Positions 58,114-64,000 of a stretch of DNA of 64,000 nt are shown here, piece after piece. This stretch comes from Bacteriovoracia bacterium (GTDB taxonomy: Bacteria; Bdellovibrionota; UBA1018; JBFWNL01). The notes below the pieces were generated by a model. That model was not told the origin of the DNA and searched no databases. It worked only from the letters and a program-made list of their open reading frames with translations. Position 1 is the stretch's first letter. Every line of letters starts with the position of its first letter. Made by a program: the position numbers and the translations under genes. The stretch is from positions 1 through 64,000 of the forward strand of contig JBFWNL010000008.1 of the NCBI GenBank assembly GCA_050251055.1, written 5' to 3'.

Positions 58114-58464
58114 ATGAAAGAACTAAAAATCATTAAGAGATACCAGAACCGTAAGCTGTACGACACGCATGAGTCCAGCTACGTGACCCTGGACGAAATC
58201 GCGAAGATGATCAAGAACGGCGAAGATCTCCGCGTTATCGATAACAAGACCAAGAACGACATCACCGCCTCGACGCTGACGCAGCTCTTGTACGAAAGCG
58301 AAAAGAAGGCCAAGACGCAGCCTTCGGTTGATCTCCTCAAGGAAATCATCCGCAGCGGCGACGGCTCGTTCTCGGGCTTCATTCAGACGCGCATGAGCTC
58401 TGAAATCGCCCGTTTTGATTCGAACACCGTGGGCGCCTCCGCCGCTCCCACGATGAATCAATAA
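58114..58464 (+). CDS. PhaR-like polyhydroxyalkanoate regulator DNA-binding domain protein
   Basis: IIKRYQNRKLYDT..SSYVTL...DIT..TLTQ; AGGGGG RBS. Confidence 0.9.
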   Translation: MKELKIIKRYQNRKLYDTHESSYVTLDEIAKMIKNGEDLRVIDNKTKNDITASTLTQLLYESEKKAKTQPSVDLLKEIIRSGDGSFSGFIQTRMSSEIARFDSNTVGASAAPTMNQ

Positions 58465-58581
58465 CGATTCGCGAATCCTGGAAAACTTCGAAAAAATCGC
58501 GCTTTTTTGACGATCTCGGGAGGGACCGTCAACGATTTGCCACGTTGTTTTTATCCTGAATGTGTTTACACTTATGGAAGC

Positions 58582-59304
58582 ATGAGTAAGAAACAAAACA
58601 TTCAGTTCCGGGGTAACAAGTTAAATCAAATCTTCGGAGCCGCCATGAGCTGCTTGCTTCTCGCAAGCCTAGTTCTGGCGGCTTCGCCGTTTTCGGCCCA
58701 AGCTTCAAGCTGGGCGCAGAAACCGGCTTGGGCGACGGGGAGCCCCTCCAGCGGCTCGAGCACGGCTCGACGGGCGCTTTCCCGCGAGGAGAACCTCGAT
58801 ATCTCCCCTTACTCTCCAGGCAGTCATAACCTGGCGCTCGACCTGGGACAGGTCTTCCTCATGGGCGATCTGGGGAACAAGTATAACGACAATATCGGCT
58901 TCCAGGCCCACTATACGTACGGCGTGAGCGATATGTTCGGCTTCGACACGAGCCTGGGCTATTCCAGTCACCGCGAGGGCGATCTGAGCATGACGAGCTT
59001 GCTCGCCGGCCTGCGCACGAACCTGAGCTGGTTTGACCGCATCATCCCCTACGTTGTCTTTGGTCTGGGTTTTTACCGCCCCAGCGAACGCATCGCTGGC
59101 ACGAGCTCCTCGGTTTCGGCGTTCCTGTTCGGCCTGCACCTGGGCCCCGGCGTGGACCTGCAGCTCACCAAGAACCTATTTTTCGGCACCGCCCTCACCT
59201 TCCACGACATCTTCGGAACGACAACGACCGATTCCAAGGGCGTGGCGCATGAGCTAGGCGGCACGTATACGTCCTTTCTGCTCCATGCGGGCGTGACGTT
59301 CTAA
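58582..59304 (+). CDS. outer-membrane beta-barrel protein
   Basis: Signal peptide; alternating strands; C-terminal Phe (AGVTF). Confidence 0.85.
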   Translation: MSKKQNIQFRGNKLNQIFGAAMSCLLLASLVLAASPFSAQASSWAQKPAWATGSPSSGSSTARRALSREENLDISPYSPGSHNLALDLGQVFLMGDLGNKYNDNIGFQAHYTYGVSDMFGFDTSLGYSSHREGDLSMTSLLAGLRTNLSWFDRIIPYVVFGLGFYRPSERIAGTSSSVSAFLFGLHLGPGVDLQLTKNLFFGTALTFHDIFGTTTTDSKGVAHELGGTYTSFLLHAGVTF

Positions 59305-59320
59305 CCTCGTTTTTGAGCTT

Positions 59321-59369
59321 AAAATACAAAACGCCGCTAGCGTGCAAGCCCTAGCGGCGTTTGTGTTTT
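59321..59369. terminator. bidirectional intrinsic terminator
   Basis: AAACGCCGCTAG-N10-CTAGCGGCGTTT with A/T tails between convergent genes. Confidence 0.8.
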
Positions 59370-60361
59370 TACGAACGGATGCGCTCCAACAGCGCTTGTA
59401 GCTGCGCCTGCTTCACTTCGTAGTCTTTGGAACAGAAGTCACAGCGCACCATCGCTTTGCCGAGAGTATTAATGATGGAGGAGAGCTCCGCCGGACCGAT
59501 GAGCATCAAAGCCCGCTCGACTCGCTCCTGGGAGCACTGGCACTCGAAGCGCAGCGGGCGGTCTTCTAAGAGCGTGAACGAATGGTTCTCAAAGATCTTC
59601 GAGAGAACCTTCACCGGATCTGAATTTTTTCCCAGCTCCTTCGCAAGCGAAGGAAAATGTTCCATCTTCGATTGAAGGGCCGAAACTTCCTGGGGCGAGG
59701 CATTCGGAAGCACCTGTACGATAAAGCCTGCCGCCGTCTTCACCTTCTTCTTTTCCACGTCCACCACAATGCCCACGGCGGATGGGATCTGCTCGCTCTG
59801 CAGCCAATAATAAGTGAGATCCTTGGCCAGATGCCCGGTCACGAGCGGCACCGTACCGATATAAGGCTGTTCCCTCTCGAGGCTCTTCGTGCGTAAAACC
59901 GAAAGCGATCCCTCGCCCCATGGGCCGCGGGACGGCCCGGCGGTGCTCTCGGGATCTTCACGCTCGATGACATAACCGCGCACGATCCCTTCGGGATAGG
60001 CGTCGACGAGTACCTGACGATAATGCCCAGAGCCCTGGATGTTGAGGTTGATCTTTTCGCCTTCCTTGCAGTTACTGGCGATGAAGAGCGCGCCCAGCAC
60101 GGCTTCACCTAAACCCTTGGCGGCAATCCCCTCCAGGCCGTGCATATCGACGATTTCCTGCACGAGGTCTTTGGCGTGAATGGCGACCCCGCGAAAATTA
60201 CCTTCGGTGGAAATGCACTTTACCCAGTGGGCTTCGCGGGACTTTGCGGCCGACTTCCGTGGCGCTGATTTCTGCTGGGTCTTGGGCTTCGCGGGTTTCT
60301 TACCGCCGGCTTTCTTCTTGGCCGGCGTCTTTGCTTTTCGTTGCGCGGGTTTCTTCGCCAT
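59369..60361 (-). CDS. hslO: Hsp33 redox-regulated chaperone
   Basis: YWLQSEQIPSA, AAGFIVQVLP, CQC...CDFC zinc site. Confidence 0.93.
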   Translation of the reverse strand: MAKKPAQRKAKTPAKKKAGGKKPAKPKTQQKSAPRKSAAKSREAHWVKCISTEGNFRGVAIHAKDLVQEIVDMHGLEGIAAKGLGEAVLGALFIASNCKEGEKINLNIQGSGHYRQVLVDAYPEGIVRGYVIEREDPESTAGPSRGPWGEGSLSVLRTKSLEREQPYIGTVPLVTGHLAKDLTYYWLQSEQIPSAVGIVVDVEKKKVKTAAGFIVQVLPNASPQEVSALQSKMEHFPSLAKELGKNSDPVKVLSKIFENHSFTLLEDRPLRFECQCSQERVERALMLIGPAELSSIINTLGKAMVRCDFCSKDYEVKQAQLQALLERIRS

Positions 60362-60446
60362 GGATTGACTTGGACCTTCTCTCTAAGTGAACGGTTTTGC
60401 AAACATTCGATGCAGTATCTTTTCGATCAACTAAGGCAGGGGGTTT

Positions 60447-60494
60447 AAAAAAAACAAAAACCCCGGAAGGCTCGCGCCGACCGGGGTTTTGTTT
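60447..60494 (-). terminator. intrinsic terminator downstream of groEL
   Basis: AAACAAAAACCCCGG...CCGGGGTTTTGTTT stem with a U-tail on the minus strand. Confidence 0.7.
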
Positions 60495-60638
60495 CTCTAC
60501 AGCTAGGTAGAGGCAGGAAAACATTGCAGAGCCGCTAGGAAGTTTAGCTAGGGCGTGAAACGCCACGCCCTTCGCTACGCATCCTGCTCCGCGACCCTAC
60601 ATTTAGTAGGGTCGGGTAAAAACGGCTCCTGCCGTTTT

Positions 60639-62303
<1,665 letters not shown>

Positions 62304-62322
62304 TTACTGATTGGAAAATTTT

Positions 62323-62619
62323 TTACTTCTTGGAGGAAATCACGCCCAAGATGTCGTCTTCACGCATCATGAGGAATTCTTCGCCTTCGATCTTGATCTC
62401 GGTACCGGAGTACTTGCCGAACAAGATGCGGTCGCCTTTTTTCACGTCGAGCGGACGGACTTTGCCGTCTTCGGTGACGCGGCCTTGGCCCACGGCGATG
62501 ATTTCGCCTTGCGCCGGCTTTTCCTTAGCGGTGTCCGGGATGATGATCCCGCCCTTGGACTTCTCTTCTTCGCCAAAGCGGCGTACCAGTACGCGATCGT
62601 GTAAAGGTCTCACTTCCAT
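62323..62619 (-). CDS. groES: co-chaperonin GroES
   Basis: [21 protein letters not shown]; AAGGAGGAG RBS. Confidence 0.99.
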   Translation of the reverse strand: MEVRPLHDRVLVRRFGEEEKSKGGIIIPDTAKEKPAQGEIIAVGQGRVTEDGKVRPLDVKKGDRILFGKYSGTEIKIEGEEFLMMREDDILGVISSKK

Positions 62620-62774
62620 CTCTCCTCCTTATGACTTGCTCCTGAGCAAATCGGTTATTCTATGCAGCTTGGGGGCGCAAGGCCCGGCCGAACTACGCCT
62701 GTGCTTAAATTGAGGCGCTAAACTAACGGCGAGAGTTCGAAAAATCCACCACGTTTAGCGCTTTTCATGAAGAA

Positions 62775-62801
62775 AAATGGGCCGTTATTGAACCCTGTCA
62801 A
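62775..62801 (-). promoter_or_regulatory. putative sigma32-type promoter of groESL
   Basis: Minus strand TTGACA-N14-CCCATTT; parallels the lon upstream element. Confidence 0.4.
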
Positions 62802-63001
62802 ACGCAAGCCCATAATAAATTTGCTAATCTATTTTTATTAATGATTTCAATTGTTTATATAAAATTCAGGAACTAGGGCGGCCTTCCGGGTGAATGTTGA
62901 TTTTGCGCACGAGAGCCAGTTGACTTAAGGCGTTAGCCCGTTTAAACCCGGCAGCTCAACAAGACATCGATTCAACAGCTCTGTTTTTGGGAGAGGGGTT
63001 C

Positions 63002-63529
63002 ATGAAGATGCAGTTTATCGGGGGAAAGGCCGCCATCGGCCTGTTGTCGTTCACCATGGGGATACTGGGGTTTGGCGCCACACAAGCGTGGGCGGGTAAT
63101 GCGGAAGTGTATTCCGCGTACGATAGCGCGCCGGAAGGCGATCTGGTCGCAACCCCTGAAAAACCCGTCATGATGGAAGTGACGTCCGAGGAAGCCGTGG
63201 TGGAAGCGGAACGCGCCGCCGCGAAGAATCAAACTCCCGAACAGGGCTTGCAAGTATTGAAGCACCGCTTGGCCCAGCTGGAGCGTGAAAACCGCACTCT
63301 GCGCAAACAGCTTCAACGGAAGGAAATCGCCAGCACCGGACTCGACGCCGTGGATCTCGCCCAGAAAAAAGGGACGTATGAGCCAGTCGCGTCAGACCAG
63401 ACGCAACGAGTTTTGGCGCGCCTCGATACGGTGAAGCAAATCGTGATGAAGCACGGTCGCGCGTACGATTACCGCGTGCTCTCCGAGCAGGAGCTGAGCC
63501 AGATCCAAGCGCGGCTGAAGGCGAATTAA
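63002..63529 (+). CDS. secreted coiled-coil hypothetical protein
   Basis: GAGGGG RBS, signal peptide ending AWA, leucine-zipper segment, HGRAYDYR motif. Confidence 0.75.
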   Translation: MKMQFIGGKAAIGLLSFTMGILGFGATQAWAGNAEVYSAYDSAPEGDLVATPEKPVMMEVTSEEAVVEAERAAAKNQTPEQGLQVLKHRLAQLERENRTLRKQLQRKEIASTGLDAVDLAQKKGTYEPVASDQTQRVLARLDTVKQIVMKHGRAYDYRVLSEQELSQIQARLKAN

Positions 63530-63609
63530 GCTAGCGGTTCACGAGCTTAACGGTTGTAATTTTCGGTGAGATCGCGTACCGATTAGTTCTCTTTCGACAT
63601 TCACACGGC

Positions 63610-63685
63610 GGGTAGGTAGCTCAGTCGGTAGAGCAGCGCCCTGAAAAGGCGCGTGTCGGCGGTTCAATTCCGTCCCTACCCACCA
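63610..63685 (+). tRNA. tRNA-Phe(GAA)
   Basis: GGGTAGG/CCTACCC acceptor stem, GCGCC-CTGAAAA-GGCGC anticodon arm, CCA. Confidence 0.96.
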
Positions 63686-63881
63686 CTCTGTTTTTCCGAT
63701 CAATAAATTCTCCACTTTTCATTCAATCATAAAAAAAGTCAGCACCGGTAGGGGACGCCCATCCATGGGCTTGACCCTTTTTTCCCTTCCTGGGCCGGGA
63801 CACCCCTACCGGTGCTGACTTTTTTTATGATTGAATGAAAAGCTGAGAGATGGCGGCCGGGAAAACGGAGTGGTGGGTAGG
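63675..63881. repeat. tRNA-adjacent fold-back element B (40-bp perfect inner arms plus outer arms pairing the tRNA 3' end)
   Basis: 63715-63754 is the exact reverse complement of 63803-63842; 63675-63697 pairs with 63859-63881. Confidence 0.92.
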
Positions 63882-64000
63882 TATATAAATGCCGTAGGGC
63901 AGGAGCCCGAGATCTTGGCCTAGAGGGCCGAAGCGCATTCCGTCCCTAAAATTGTGCAGGTAAACTAACCGAATAGCCCAGCTGTTCACAGAGGCCGACT

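Noticed and set aside
62715-62761. GCGCTAAAC/GTTTAGCGC inverted repeat upstream of groES as CIRCE
   Set aside because: Orientation, sequence and 29-bp spacer do not fit TTAGCACTC-N9-GAGTGCTAA; at most a leader hairpin

Overview
A GC-rich bacterial chromosomal window. Gene content (TIGR02147 protein, many Cys-rich pilin-like and secreted proteins, PhaR-like regulator) suggests Bdellovibrionota/Oligoflexia; this taxonomy is inference. Housekeeping genes: rpoZ, lon, uup, fadE, ilvA, oppABCDF, hslO, groEL/groES and four tRNAs (Lys-CTT, Arg-TCT, Leu-TAG, Phe-GAA). An accessory block at about 7.4-27.7 kb holds two triplets of type IV pilin-like genes, a c-type haem lipoprotein/Tat-protein triplet, a dockerin-like lipoprotein, small secreted proteins and a TIGR02147 putative regulator. 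Two unexplained DNA-level systems stand out. (1) A palindrome GTATTC-N5-GAATAC occurs seven times (5 perfect, 2 variant), all in intergenic DNA of that block. At three loci it lies exactly 23 bp from a second palindrome, GTGTC-N6-GACAC: upstream of the TIGR02147 gene and of both pilin triplets. This is a candidate TIGR02147 regulon. (2) tRNA-Leu and tRNA-Phe are each followed by a long fold-back inverted repeat. The 40-50 bp arms are locus-specific, but the ~45 nt central core is shared, and the outer ends are antisense to the 3' end of the adjacent tRNA. All family assignments come from motif recognition by eye, not from database searches.
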